64,000 nt of DNA, from NCBI GenBank assembly GCA_964016885.1, contig OZ024743.1:176762001-176826000 (forward strand), written 5' to 3'. The stretch comes from Eledone cirrhosa (taxonomy: Eukaryota). The translations under genes were made by a program, and so were the position numbers. The notes under the pieces were generated by a model. The model saw only the letters and a list, made by a program, of their open reading frames with translations. It had not been told where the DNA came from and made no database searches. Of the stretch, positions 14,317 to 28,699 are shown piece after piece; the first letter of the stretch is position 1, and each line of letters begins with the position of its first letter.

Positions 14317-15240
14317 GAATAAGGGAGTGCTAGGGAGAGAGTAAGGGAGAGTGAAAGAGAGTACCGGGATAGTAGGAATGTGGGAGCATGTGTGGGGGGA
14401 GGGGAGTAAGGAAGGAGAATAAGGGTGTGCTAGGGAGAGAGTAAGGGAGAGTGAAAGAGAGTACCGGGATAGTAGGAATGTGGGAGCATGTATGGGGGAG
14501 GGGAGTAAGGAAGGAGAATAAGGGAGTGCTAGGGAGAGAGTAAGGGAGAGTGAAAGAGAGTACCGGGATAGTAGGAATGTGGGAGCATGTGTGGGGGGAG
14601 GGGAGTAAGGAAGGAGAATAAGGGAGTGCTAGGGAGAGAGTAAGGGAGAGTGAAAGAGAGTACCGGGATAGTAGGAATGTGGGAGCATGTGTGGGGGGAG
14701 GGGAGTAAGGAAGGAGAATAAGGGAGTGCTAGGGAGAGAGTAAGGGAGAGTGAAAGAGAGTACCGGGATAGTAGGAATGTGGGAGCATGTGTGTGGGGAG
14801 GGGAGTAAGGAAGGAGAATAAGGGAGTGCTAGGGAGAGTAAGGGAGAGTGAAAGAGAGTACCGGGATAGTAGGAATGTGGGAGCATGTGTGGGGGGAGGG
14901 GAGTAAGGAAGGAGAATAAGGGAGTGCTAGGGAGAGAGTAAGGGAGAGTAAAAGAGAGTACCGGGATAGTAGGAATGTGGGAGCGTGTGTGGGGGGAGGG
15001 GAGCAAGGAAGGAGAATAAGGGAGTGCTAGGGAGAGAGTAAGGGAGAGTGAAAGAGAGTACCGGGATAGTAGGAATGTGGGAGCATGTGTGTGGGGAGGG
15101 GAGTAAGGAAGGAGAATAAGGGAGTGCTAGGGAGAGTAAGGGAGGGTGAAAGAGAGTAAGGGAGGGTGTGATTGAGGGAGAATAGGGGAAGGAGGGAGTG
15201 CTAGGGAATTTAAGGGAGAGTGAAAGAGAGTAACGGATAT
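14317..15240. repeat. Purine/G-rich minisatellite, ~99-100-bp unit, ~9 copies
   Basis: Unit gaataagggagtgctagggagagagtaagggagagtgaaagagagtaccgggatagtaggaatgtgggagcatgtgtgggggg... recurs at 14317, 14417, 14516, 14616 and onward. Confidence 0.95.
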
Positions 15241-15262
15241 TATGCGTGTGTGGGGGGGGATC

Positions 15263-16237
15263 GTCATCACCACCATCACCACGATCATCATCATCATCAC
15301 CATCACTACTATAATCACCACCATCACCATCACCACCATCACCATCATCAGTATCATCATCACCACCATCACCATCATCACCATCATCAGTATCATCATC
15401 ACCACCATCACCATCTCCACCATCAACATCATCACTATCACCAGTATCATCATCACTATCACCACCACCATCACCATCACCACTATCATCATCATCGCCA
15501 CCATCACCACAATCACAACTATAATGACCATCACCATCACCACCACCACCATCAACACCACCATCATAACCACCACCACCACCACCACAACCATCACCAC
15601 CACCATCATAACCACCACCACCATCATCACCACCACCACCTCCACCACCACCACCATCACTAACACCACCACCACCGTCACCACCACCACCACTACCACC
15701 ACCACCACCACCACCATCACCATCACTACAACCACCACAACCAGCACCACCATCACAACCATCACCACCACTACCATCACCATTACCACCACCATCAGCA
15801 CCACCACCACTACCAACACCACTACCATCAGCACCACCACCACAACCAACATGATGGTGATGGTGATGATGATGATGATGATGGTGATGATAATGTTGAT
15901 GGTGATGATGGGTATGGATATGGTGATGATGATGACGGTGATGTTGATGGTTATGGTGATGATAGTGATGATGATGGTGATAGTAATAATGGTGATGATA
16001 GAGTTGATGGTGATGATGATGATGGTGATGGTGTTGATGATGGTGATTGTGATGATAGTGTTGACAGTGATGATGGGATGGTAATGGTGGTGATGATGGT
16101 GATGATTGTGATGTTGATGGTGGTGATGGTGGTGATGGTGATGATAGCGCTGATGATGGTGATTATAGTGGTGATGGTGGTGATGATGGTGATAGTGATG
16201 ATGGTGATGGTTATGATGGTGATGATGGTGATGGTTA
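15263..16237. repeat. Degenerate trinucleotide tract: (CAC/CAT)n switching to (GAT/GGT)n at ~15850
   Basis: Direct reading; source of the spurious poly-H/T/M/V ORFs. Confidence 0.95.
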
Positions 16238-16249
16238 TTTAGGAGAGAT

Positions 16250-16672
16250 GGTCACCAATTTTAGAAGGCTGCGTTGTTTTACGATTTAGAGGGGAGTTCG
16301 TTGCCCTAACTTGGCTACTAGATCATCTCTTCTATTGTTCTAAGGAGTAGGTAAACAATTAAGTAAAAAGAACATACCTCCAGATTATATGTACATGAGC
16401 ATTTTAATGAGAGCAATAAACAAAACAGGTTATCATATCAGTTGCTCCATCATTGCTAATTCGTAATTAGCATTTCGTGGTGGTGTTCAAATATCCCGTG
16501 ACCGCATGGTGCAATATCGCTGTTTCGCCACAGTGAAACGTGTCTGCTCGCATCAACACACGAAGTTGAAAAGAGAGTGTATTCAGCTAATGACGTCAGA
16601 ACGTGACGTCAGAACTAAGGGCAGTTAATCGACTGCCTCCAAAATCAAGGCTAGGTGGCGTGATCTTCTACA
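16250..16672 (-). mobile_element. Possible LTR with PBS remnant (Gypsy-like)
   Basis: Minus strand starts TGTAGAAGATC, has an ATTAAA signal and is followed by TGGTGACC; interrupts the (GAT/GGT)n tract. Confidence 0.35.
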
Positions 16673-16675
16673 GTT

Positions 16676-17025
16676 ACGATGTTGATGATAATGGTGATGG
16701 TTATGATGCTGATGGCGATGATAGTGTTGATAGTGGTGAAGGTGGTGATGATGATGGTGATGATAGTGGTGATAGTGGTAATGGTGATGGTAGTGGTGAT
16801 GATAGTGGTGATAGTGGTGATGATGATGGGGATGATGGTGATGATGATGATGATGATGATGTTGATGATGGTGATGAGGGTGATGATGGTGGTGATAGTG
16901 GTGAAGGTGATGATAGTGATGGTAACGATAATGTTGATGGTGATGGTGATGGCGATGATAGTTGGGCTGGTAGTGTGTTGGTGGTAGACATCGTCGTAAT
17001 TATACAGTAGTGATTATGGTGATGA
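16676..17025. repeat. (GAT/GGT)n low-complexity tract
   Basis: Direct reading. Confidence 0.9.
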
Positions 17026-17241
17026 CTGTCTTAATTGGCGGAATGTTTTAAAGACATTACGCAAGCTACATTTGTTTAAGAGCCATCTCTTTCATTTCTT
17101 TTTTTGTTATTAATTTTATGCATTAACGTTGCATTAATTTTCAAACATTCTACGAAGTGAACGATTAGTCTACAACATAGAACGATGAGACGATAGTGAG
17201 TGTTACCATTGTTTTACTAATACCACTTGACGGTATAAATA

Positions 17242-17638
17242 TACGAGGGTAATCCCAAAAGTAAGGTCTCCAAAGCGATGGGGACGCAGAGAAACTGTCC
17301 GTACGGCTGTTGGCAACACTGTTGTGATTGGTGCGTCCTTCACTCCCAAACAAGCATGTGCGCGCTTCGCTGGGATGCTCAATCTTGGCTTGGCAGCCGT
17401 TGAGAATGGAGCTCCCGTTGAACGCTACCGCCAAGAGCGAATTTCGCGCAATTATTATATAGAGGGCAATCCCAAAAGTAAGGTCTCCTACCGAGGAAAA
17501 CATGCGTAAAGATCGGCGGATCACTCTGGATGCTCTCTGCATTTTCCTTCCTGAGGTTTCCCGATGCACCATCCACAGGACTTTAACGGAAAAGTTGCAA
17601 TATCGGAAGGAGACCTTACTTTGGGGATTGCCCTTGTA
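17242..17638 (+). mobile_element. Mariner-derived non-autonomous element
   Basis: TIR tacgagggtaatcccaaaagtaaggtctcc at 17242, repeated at ~17460 and inverted at 17609-17638 ending in TA. Internal RKDRRITLDAL...VSRCTIHRTLTEKLQYRK resembles the mariner transposase HTH. Confidence 0.8.
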
Positions 17639-19029
17639 TAATGGACACAGCATGACCGACTGGTTAAATAGTTCACTTCACAATCATTAGGTCCCGAGTT
17701 CGATCCAAAGTGTCATTGCCTCGGAGCGACACAAGCATTGTAACTGGAAATGGGTAGATGGAAATAAAAACCAAATCAACCTCAAATCACAGTACCGTCT
17801 ATAAGTTGAAACTACGAAGTCACTGCTACTTATCTATTTAAATAAATGTCTACAATCTACCCACAAGTATTGTATGTGATTTATGTGAGTGTGAGAGTGT
17901 GATGTATATATGTATAATACATAAATATCTCCATGGTCATACACCAAACAAGTATTGTGTATAGATTAGAGCGCAGCACAGACTGTAGTGTAGGCCATGG
18001 AGACCGCTAGTGTATATATAAAATAAACATTGTTGTGTTAAACTAAATAAACTGCAAAATCTCATATATTGGTGTGAGTTTAATTTCATTCACACGTCAA
18101 AATTATAGTTTTCACTTTTCATTCATTTTTCTACCCCAGTGGGTGGAATGAACCTCCACTGGTTTCGACGACGAATGTTTCAGGAGTTTTATCATCCTGA
18201 ATTTGACTGAGCATTCCACAGATGTACCTTTAATTTAATTCTAAGGGAGATTCAATGTGATACAGTGCGTGACAAGGCTGGTCTTTTGATTTCCATCCTT
18301 CGGGTTTCCGATCAGCTTGCATCTTTCCAATTTCACTCACAATGTTTCGGTGAGATCATGGTAAATTTCAATTGTTCAAGATGTCCCGCAAGGGAATCGA
18401 ACACGAGACTATATAATCGTGAAGTGAACTTAAGTGTTAGGCCATGCTGCCTTCACTATACACTGATATATACGTTACGAAACCCATAGCCACATTCACA
18501 CATTATATAAACTAGCAGAGAAGTAACGAACCCCAAAAGGTGATGTTTCATCTAGTTTCCAAGTTGTTCTTTTACAAGTTACATATCTTCTGTCAAATGC
18601 ATTCACTGTTAACACATTGAAGAAATGTTGAAATGCAGTAGAAACTGCTTAATTTTTTACACCAAACATATCTGAAAATGTTGGCAACGTTCAGCAAGAT
18701 ACATTAAAATATAAAAAGTATGTATTTTACAATATTTCACCTTCTTTTATAATATTTTGGTGAACATTCAAAGAACCTGTTTATTTTTCTTTCTTATTGA
18801 CTACCTTTCAAAAATAAGTTAATGGCATTATTATAATTTTAAAGGGCACTAAATGGAAAATAAAATATTTAAATGTGTAATTTTCATTGACCTGTACTAT
18901 TCTGTACCCAGAAAGTACAAAGAACAAAACAAATACTGCCAAGTATCCTGTCCGACATTATATCGACTCTGACAATTTCCACCTATAAGTTTTATTACAA
19001 TTTCAAAAGGTACTAAATAAAAAATAAAA

Positions 19030-19185
19030 TATGTGGAGACTTCTGGCCCTAGGATCACCTCTCTATTTTCCACCATCGGCACGGAGTTGGCTACTCGCAG
19101 ATGTGAGTCTTGCGAGCTGGTATGGCTCTTCCAATGCGTCTCCCTCTCCATCCTCCGGGAAACGCCTTCTCTATTCTGTCCACCA
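19030..19185 (+). mobile_element. 3' fragment of a CRE-like non-LTR element
   Basis: VETSGP...WLFQCVSLSILR, frameshift, then NAFSIL. Confidence 0.5.
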
Positions 19186-19868
19186 GGGCCAGAACGTGGG
19201 CCCCCATTTGTATACAATAGTGAGAGATGATGAGAGCGAGAGAGACGAAGGCAGTGAGTGAGAGAGAACATCAACACTTATTCACTTATTTATTTATTTG
19301 TATTTACCAATATAACATTGTAAATGATAATTGTTGCATGTTGAAGTTTAGAAAAATGTGAATGAATAATTTTCATTGAACTGTGCACATTCTGTACCAC
19401 TTAAACATTACGAGGACATACTCACAGATACGATACAGTTTCAATAGGGAAGATGTATATATGGACCCGTTATTATTGCTTGCGTTGAGGGGTGCTGTTG
19501 TCACATCCGCATGTCCTGGGCATTTAAAACCTGGTGGAACCCATCCTCTCTCCGGGTTTGAACACAGCCTAGTTCTTCCAGAGAAGGAGAGAGAATCAAG
19601 AACTGTGAAAGAGATATAGAGAAAGAGTCGAGCCCATTTCGCTGCCTTCTGTTTTGGGGGTATATGTGTGATATATATTGTAAAATGTATATATAACTAA
19701 TCAACTGTATATATAAAAATCTTTCTTTTAAACCAATTTAGAAGGTTAGAAAGAGGGGACCTGGAAATGTCAGTGATGGATGGTGCTTTTCCGGATACAG
19801 GTGGGGAGGACGATTATATATATATATATATATAAACAGAGAGAGAGAGAGAGTGAGAGTGAGAGAGG

Positions 19869-19922
<54 letters not shown>

Positions 19923-19977
19923 ACGAAAGAAAACAGAAAGAGATATCTCACGGAATTGTTTTTCTATAGTGACTGAA

Positions 19978-20162
19978 TAATAATTGTTTCTACTTTTAGC
20001 ACAAGGCCAGCAATTATCCCAGTACATTACTGGTACTTTATTTTATCGACCCCATAAGGATGAAAGGCAAAGTTAACCTCGGCGGGATTTGAACTCAGAC
20101 TGTAAAGGGACGTAACTATGCTGGAAAGCATGTCGTCCGACCCTCTACCGATACTGCCAATT
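19978..20162 (-). mobile_element. SINE family A
   Basis: Same sequence as the 11785 unit. Confidence 0.85.
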
Positions 20163-20483
20163 CCTCGCCCTGAATAGTGACTGAATAATAATAATAGGAA
20201 ATCGACGATTATTCATACGCATCACCGTTATCAATTTAATTTAATTTCCATATCATTTGTTAAACGCCATTTTACATGACGGTGAATCAAATCAGCAATA
20301 GACAAATGGATAAAGTTCCGGCCATTGTTATATGCAGCAGATTTATTTCAGATCACATTAAAATAATCTTATAGCTGTATTAGATTTCTTGCGGAAAGTA
20401 GTTTAAAGTTTACCAAAGTGTAATTTAGTTTTTTCAATAACATAATTAATTTTAGAGATGTAATTGTTGTTGCTGTTATTATA

Positions 20484-20815
20484 GTTGATGGTGGTGGTGG
20501 TGGTGGTGTGGGAATGGTAGTAGCGGAAGTGATAGTGGTGGTGGTGATGTGGGGATGGTCGTAGTGGTGGTGGTGGTGGTGCGGCGTTGGTAGTAGTAGT
20601 GTTGGTGGTGTGAGGATAGTAGTACTGGTGGTGGTGGTGGTGGTGATGCGAAGATGGTAGTAGTGATGGTGGTGGTGATGTGAGGATGGTAGTAGTGATG
20701 GTGGTCGTGGTGATGGGTGTGATGATAGTGATGATGAGGATGGTGGGGGTGGTGGTCGTCACCGTGATGACGGTGTTGGGTATGATGGTAGTAATGATAA
20801 TGATGGTGATGATGT
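20484..20815. repeat. (GGT/GAT/GTA)n low-complexity tract
   Basis: Direct reading. Confidence 0.9.
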
Positions 20816-21089
20816 TCAAGAATCTGGTGGAGCAGACCTTTGTCAAATATATTCCAGTCATGACCATCCGGTTCTACCCTCATGTATTGCGTACCTCCTT
20901 CCTTTTGATTACCTTTCCGCCCCGTACTGCACATGGGACCGTATTGAACGATTCTTGTAGCATCGCAGTTTTCTTTTTTTCTGTGAGATTAGGTTGCTAG
21001 CCCCTCGCTAGACCCTTTAATTTTTGTGGAGAGAAGAGATATTGTAAGCGGTCTTCCACGACCCTTCTTACATCGTGATGTAGACGATT

Positions 21090-21140
<51 letters not shown>

Positions 21141-22184
21141 GGAGTGAGAGAGAGAGATAGAGAATAGGAGTAAGAGAGAGACAGAATGGGAGTGTGAGAG
21201 AGAATGAGGGAGGGGAAAAAAGAGTAAGAAAGCACCGAGAGGTAGAGAAAGAAGAATTGACCACAGTACTTGACTGGTACTTTATTTGTCGACCCTGGAA
21301 GGATAAAAGGGGTACGAGAGCCGAAACAAATACTGCAATGTACTTTATCTTATCCACTAATGATTTGCCAATCCTCGATCTTATTACATATTTAGGACTA
21401 TATTATTCGAAAGTTAATTTATTAACAAAAAAAAACAAAAACACGCAGTGAAAACGTCAACATATCCTAAAAAGGAGATACAAAGATTCAACGTTTCGGA
21501 CAATTAGTCTTTTGTCAAGATGGATAGATAAAGAGGAAGAGAAAAATTAATTGGAAACCAAAAATATGGGTTTAATTTTTAAAAAAATACCCCATGATAT
21601 TTCATGTGCCCCTCCTTTTTAAAGACGTCATGGTCTAATTTAAAGTAGATTTATTTGTTATTTCCAGCAAATCGAGGGATGGCAGAGATATTCGCTCTTA
21701 TTTGATTGTTGTTGTTTAGCAGTTCTCAAATAATTCAGTCATAAGCATTTCGCACTTTTCTGGGTTTCTAGAAATACGTTATCAAAGTTATCTTTCTTTG
21801 TAGATGACTGTAGAGTGTGATTTAATGAGGATTTGGTTGTTATTTTTAGCAAGTATAATGCCAACGTAAAAAGTCTCACATAATAACATTAATTGAAGCT
21901 ACATGCTGGTAAATTGGATAACTGATAGACAAGTAGATAAATTCCAATGTCTGTATGCAGACAATTATTTCAAATTACATTAAAAGTATCTATTGCAGTA
22001 TCTATATAATTCCAACGATATATCATGACATCTATTTTAACTTTACATCAGCCTGTTAGCTTGTGTGGCTATGGCGAAAGACTGCTTTCCCGTAAAGAAA
22101 TAAAAAAGAGTGACATACGGCATGTCTTGTCCATTTAAACATGGCGGAGTACATACCTCTTCGGGTCCGAATTCTTCCGGAAAA

Positions 22185-22221
<37 letters not shown>

Positions 22222-22609
22222 AGAGAGAGAGAGAAGGATGGAGATAGAAGAGAAAGTGAGAAAGACAGAAAGAATAAGAGACGAAAATCAACCCAATACT
22301 AGACAGGTACTTTTTGCATGGACCTCGAAAGGATGAAAGACAAAGTTGGCACCAGAACTCAGAAGGTCGAGCGAATACCGCAAAGCATCATGTCGAGTTT
22401 TCGATTCAGTTATACCAATCATCAACAAGTGGTATATGTGTTCGATTCTCATTAGACGCCTCCCTTTTTGTTCTTATAGGAATACACATTCGCTTTGTGT
22501 ATTTTTACAATAATTATAAAAAATTGCGATTTTTTTTCCTCTTAGAACACATTTACTGTTCAATCGAAGCTTAACAACAATCGAATTAATTAAAATATAA
22601 ATTCAATTT

Positions 22610-22778
<169 letters not shown>

Positions 22779-23144
22779 CATGTCAGTGTGTGTGTGTATT
22801 GTGCGGTTGGTTAGAACACCATATGGTATTGACAAGTGGTTGAAATAGAATTTAGAAGAAAGCATGGTTTTGTTCAGTGAGTCATTTGAACAGTAGAATC
22901 GATTCCATTTGTGAAACAAGTGTAATGATTGAAATTCACCTTTGGTTGTTTAACAAAATGCCTGGAGCAATGCAGGAGACAAAATTGAGTATTGATTAGG
23001 TAGAGAATATATGAGAATAGATGAGAAAACAGAATGATAGAGCAGAAAGATTGAAAGTAGTGAAAAGGTTTGGGAGGAAGAGATGTGGATAAAGTAAGGC
23101 TGATATTAGTAAACGTTGTGATTAAATGATCAATCGAGACAAGA

Positions 23145-23203
<59 letters not shown>

Positions 23204-23204
23204 A

Positions 23205-23482
23205 AGTCTAAAGTCTGTCTTAAGCCAGAAGGCTAATTTGGCCGGTGCTTATCCCGGTTTCATGGCGTCAAGCGACTGAGAGTACAAGACTCACCCCTGG
23301 TCAGGACGCCAGTCCATCGCAGGGTTAAACCTCCAGCTATTGCTAGTACTCATTTTCAGTTGAGTATACTGGAGCAGCGTGAAATGAAGTGTTTTGCTCA
23401 AGAACACAACACGCAACCCAGGAATCGAGCCCACGACATTATGATCGTAAGTCCAACACCCTTACCACTAGGCCACGTTCCC
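23205..23482 (-). mobile_element. tRNA-derived SINE (family B-related subfamily)
   Basis: Reverse complement of 30848-31130; head gtggcctagtggtaagggtgttggacttacgatc...ggctcgattcc. Confidence 0.8.
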
Positions 23483-24074
23483 CCACTCTCTTTATATATA
23501 TTCGCAACAACACAGCGCGCCATTTTTCATTCCTATATGCTTTCCCCTTCGCTGTGACCTTCTTTTTCTCTTCCCTTACTGCTATTCTCTTTCTCTCTCC
23601 TTCTCTCTCTTACTTTCATTCACCCCCCTCTGCTAGTCACCCTCTCTCGGCTAGCCTCTTCCTCACAGTTTCACTCACTCACTCTCTGCTACTCACCCTC
23701 TCTCTCACTTCCTCCATCGTCCCACACCGTGCGAAATTCTTTTCTCGTTTACTTTCGCATGATTGGGATGTGTCTCTCGTCTTCTCGTCAACATTCGCAA
23801 GTTCTTATGTTCAAATGAATCATTGACTTGATTTTATCATTTTTTCCTCTCTTTACGTTGCCTCACCATTTGTGTTTGTTTACCTGTCTCTCTTTCTCCA
23901 CCCAATTCTTTTTATCCCAATAACTTATTTTAGTTATTGTTCGCTCTAGCCTGAGGTATCTGGTCTTTAATGATGGCTAGTAGACCACTGGTGATGGATA
24001 GTCCTATTTCTAATTCTTCATTTTAATTTGTATATCAAACATGCAACAATACAGCACGCCATTTTTCATTCCTA

Positions 24075-24646
24075 TATATATACATACATGCACACATATA
24101 TATATGTACGTATGGATTCACCAAACATTTATTATAATGCTCGGTGTGTTTGTAAACAAACATCCCGTATTAATCCGTAGTATCTAGCAACCATCGTTGC
24201 TCATTTGTTCAAAACTGACAAAGGAACGCCGTACTAGTTTCAAGCTTATTAGCTATCGTCAGCAACGTATACCTTCCTGCCAGATGATTGAACGTCTGAA
24301 AGTATATACTTTCCTTATGCATATTAACGGCTGAGCAGCCTAATTTGCATATCGAGTGAGTTAATCGGCCGGGGTACCGAAAACGATAAACGGAAAAAAT
24401 TAAACGAAATTTCATTTCTCACTCTTAGTACGGCTGTTACTTAAATATAAGTATATATACGTACATACATATATGTATACAGACGTACAGTAGTATGTAT
24501 ATATATATACATGTATGTATATACATACATGTATATATACTACTGTACGTCTGTATACATATATGTATGTACGTATACATACTTATATTTAAGTAACAGC
24601 CGTACTAAGAGTGAGAAATGAAATTTCGTTTAATTTTTTCCGTTTA
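24075..24646 (-). mobile_element. ~445-bp hammerhead element (family H2), minus-strand monomer plus inverted arm
   Basis: 24075-24515 is homologous (reverse complement, permuted) to 56268-56917; ~24388-24515 is mirrored at ~24516-24646. Confidence 0.85.
24222..24277 (-). ncRNA. Minimal type-I hammerhead ribozyme
   Basis: Minus strand: cgttg-CTGACGA-tagctaataagctt-GAAA-ctag-TA-cggcg. Confidence 0.75.
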
Positions 24647-24657
24647 TATATATATAT

Positions 24658-27592
24658 CCCCATCCATCAATGCACAGAAATGGAAGATCCAATTCATTGA
24701 GGATTGGGTTGGTAACCATGCATTTCACACCCCCTTCTTCATACTTACTGAGACCCACCTTAACAACTCCCACTTGGAGGCCGAAGTAAGATTGAGGAAT
24801 TTCACAACCATCCGTGCGGATCGGGTTGGCAGAAGGAAGGGTGGAACTGCCATTTTTCTGCATGATTCCTTTACAGCAGATGGTAACAAAACATTCTCCA
24901 ATGGCTACTGTGAATCAGTCACTGTGCACAACAAAGCCAATGACCTGACATCAGTTGGGCTCTATAGGCCACCACAAACACACATAATCTGCTTCAATGA
25001 ATGCCTCAACAGTATTAAATGCTTTATTAAACAGCGCCATTCTAGCAACATACTTTTGATGGGAGACTTTAATCTATCCTGTGTCGATTGGTCTACATGT
25101 AGTTTGAAACCAGGCACCCCAACCTCTACCACTGACAAAGAAGTAGTCGAGTCACTTCTTGACTTCATGAATAAGATTTTCCTGTCCCAACTTGTCCTTG
25201 CACCAACAAGGTATCAGAAGAACATTCTGAATCTAGTGTTTAGTAACCACACTAACACTATCCATAATATTACAGTGGAAAAAACCCTTCTCTCAGACCA
25301 TGACATCGTTCTTTGTAACCTGAACTTCCACCAGCCGAAAGCTAATCCCAGGGTCCCCTTTCCAGCCCACCCATTTGATAACATGGATCTCTACAATGCC
25401 AACTGGGATGCAATTATGAACGAACTATCACATGTTGACTGGTCTTTTACACACACACACATTTTCACCAATATAAAAACATCTTGGCAGATCTTTGTAA
25501 ACACTGTCACAAATATATGTGTAAAACTCACCCCACCAAAACCTGTGAACAAAACCAAGTGCAGTATCCTCCAAAACAGAAAAACAATTATCAGAAAAAT
25601 AAAAAGAACAAACAAAAAAATTAACACACTAAAATACTGCCAACAGCAACACACATTCGATGGCTATCACCCTGCTTGAATCAAAAAAATATAACCTCCA
25701 GCAATGCATGATGACCATCATCAATAACCAGAGAACAACGGAACAGAGGTGGGCCATTGAGAAAATCAAACTCAACTCCAAAATGTTCTTTTCATTTGCT
25801 GAAAAACACAAGGTCTCCACTGTTGGCCCTCTAGTTGATGAAAATGGCACACTCCAAGATAATGCCAAAACCATGGGCGAGATACTGCAGAAACAATACT
25901 GCTCTGTTTTCAGCAACCCTGATATGGTTGATCTGGGCCGTATCAGTGATATTAACCCCCAACACACTATATCAGACATAACGTTTGGCGCCCCTGATGT
26001 CTTAGCGGCAATAAACGAAATTAAACACAATTCAGCAGTAGGCCCCGACAGGTTCCCTGCTTGTGTCCTGAAGGGGTGTCGACACAAACTTGCATCTCCT
26101 CTTGCTAATCTGTGGAGGAACTCACTGGACACTGGCTATATTCCTGAAAACTTTCTGTCCCAGTCCATTGTCCCAGTCTTAAAAAAAGGGAAATAAGTCC
26201 CTTGCAGTGAACTACCGTCCGATCTCACTTACCTCTCATATTATCAAGGTATTTGAGAGGGTGGTGAGATCACAAATAACCCACTTTCTTGAAAGCAACG
26301 GCCTACTGAACTCCAACCAACATTGGGTTCCGCAATGGAAGGGACTGCCTAACGCAGCTCCTGCATCACTTTGACGATGCTTTGAGAGTCTTGGGAGAGG
26401 GCTCTAAAACTAATGTCATCTGCCTTGATTTCAGCAAGGCCTTTGACAGGGTTGATCATAAGATTCTACTGAAAAATCTATCGAATATTGGTGTCTCTGG
26501 AAAGTTACTAAAGTGGATCAAATCTTTCCTGATTACTCGAAGAAGTAAAATCAAGCCCTGCCAAAGTCAGCAGTGGCGTCCCACAAGGCACTGTGTTGGG
26601 CCCACTTCTTTTCATCATCTACATTAATGACATTACTGACATCATCAAGCACAGAAACGTAAGAATCTTCGCAGATGATTCCAAGCTCCAAAGAGTCATC
26701 AATGAGGTGGGTGACCGGACTTGCCTTCAGTCAGACCTATGGGCAGAAAAGAATATGCTGTTGAATGAGGATAAGTTTGAATTAATCCACTTTGGAAAAA
26801 AGGATGCCCTGAAACTACCATACTCTCTTCCTTCGGGTGAAACTCTAGTGGCATCCAATAACATCAGAGAACTGGGAGTAATTGTGGACAACAACATAAG
26901 CTGGGACACTCATATAAACAGCAAAGTTGATATGGCCCGCAGAATGTGTTGCTGGATTCTCAGAACTTTCCAGTCGAGAGATATCCACACTATTATCCTT
27001 CTCTTCCCCACTTTTTCCCGACCCCAACTTGAATAATAGTGTCCACTCTGGTCTCCCCATACGAAACAAAGTATCATGAAAGTTGAAGCACCCCAAAGGT
27101 CAATTACAAAAAAGATAGATGGCATGACAGGCCTTGAGTATTGGAGTCGATTAGAAAAACTCAACCTTTATTCTATCCAGTGTCGCAGTGAGCGCTACAT
27201 TATCTGCATGATGTGGAAAATATTTGATCAGCTTTGTCCAAATGATTTTGGCATCACCTTTAATGTACACCCAAGGCTTGAGCCCCGTGCTATCATCCTA
27301 CGACAAAAGTCTCACTCGCATCTCATAAAACGGCACAATTATTTCACCTCAATTTCCCCCGCTCTCTTTAACATTACACCAAAACACATCAAAGCAGAAA
27401 CAGACCCCATCAAGTTCAAGAAGTCTTTGGACAAATTCCTTCAATAAATCCCGTATAAGCCTCCTACACCCAGATATAACTCCGTAAACAATAACTCTCT
27501 GCTCAAGTGGGCCATGGTGCCCAAACACTGATTTGTAAGACTTCGCCATGTGGTGCTATTAAGTTAGACATACTGGCCGAAACCTATCAAAG

Positions 27593-27593
<1 letters not shown>
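24658..27593 (+). mobile_element. CR1-like LINE ORF2, frameshifted/decayed (APE endonuclease + RT)
   Basis: ILTETHL, GLYRPP, MGDFNL, SDHDIV (APE); CLDFSKAFDRVDH, LGPLLFIIYINDI, FADDSK (RT); YWSRLEKLNLYS C-terminus; split over at least 5 ORFs. Confidence 0.9.
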
Positions 27594-27634
<41 letters not shown>

Positions 27635-27639
27635 ATTAA

Positions 27640-27915
27640 TGGTTAAAGAGCCCCCCTCGGTCACGAATGACCATAGAATTTGCACCTAGAAAGCTCTCCT
27701 CCGTGGCGCAAGTCCGGGCAAGGTTTTTTGGTCGAAGACCAGCAGTCACCCATGCATACCAGTCTCCCCTCTCCACGCCATCGATGATGTCCAGGGGAAA
27801 GACTATGGCCGATACAGCTTGGCACCAATGACGTCACAACTCATTTCTACAGCCGAGTAAACTGGACCAACGTGAAATAATGTTTCCTACTCAAGACCGC
27901 AACGCATCGCCTGAT
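27640..27915 (-). mobile_element. SINE family B
   Basis: Reverse complement similar to 10650-10935. Confidence 0.75.
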
Positions 27916-28167
27916 CTATTATGCATGTATGTGTATATATATATATATATTTCTTTATCATTTATTTTATTTTGTTTTGACCTGTTTAGCTTGTTTTGCT
28001 TTTTGGCTTAGGTGGTTGACGCTTTCTTGACCACTATTTCAGTTTTGTATGGCCTCTTAACATATTGTTTAGCTTTAGATTTTTAACTATCGAGCGCTTG
28101 CCAGTATCATATCTGATTTTTGCGTTTCGTTTCGCCTTTTCTACCCGTCGAAATGCGATTCTCGCTG

Positions 28168-28201
<34 letters not shown>

Positions 28202-28699
28202 CATATATATATGGTAGATCACTTAGTCCAAAGGACGAGTTCAGTATACAGTTAGTTCTACAGTAAATTGGCATTAGCAAACCATATTCGTGGTCGTGGA
28301 CACGTAATTCACCGGAAGGAATTTCAACCCGTGTAAGGTTACGGTGAGAACGGAAGTGTGTATGAGCTTACTGGATTCATGTATATATAATACAGTTATA
28401 TGCATACAGTGGGTAACCGAGACTGTACCAATGTGTATATAAATATACATATATCTAATATGTAGACATGCAAACTGTAAATTGAAAAAATGTTATACAC
28501 CTTCAATCGATTTTGGAACTAATTGGGCCCTCATGAGATATGTATATCAACCAAACAACCAGAAGGAAACATGTATTTGATTGGTGTATATACCCATTTG
28601 CTCTTAGTATTATTCTGAAATAGACGTACACATTTATAATTAGTGTTCGTGATGGTAATTAATTAAGGCATACACTAAGAAGTGCCGTAGGTAGTAGGT

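Noticed and set aside
15127-20934. Poly-His, poly-Thr, poly-Asp/Gly and Met/Val ORFs (15220, 15242, 16603, 20479, etc.)
   Set aside because: Open in several frames on both strands because of triplet low complexity; no coding evidence.
24618-24657. Start codon of the 353-aa ORF
   Set aside because: Lies in the inverted arm of the H2 element and a (TA)n run, so it is not the LINE's real start.
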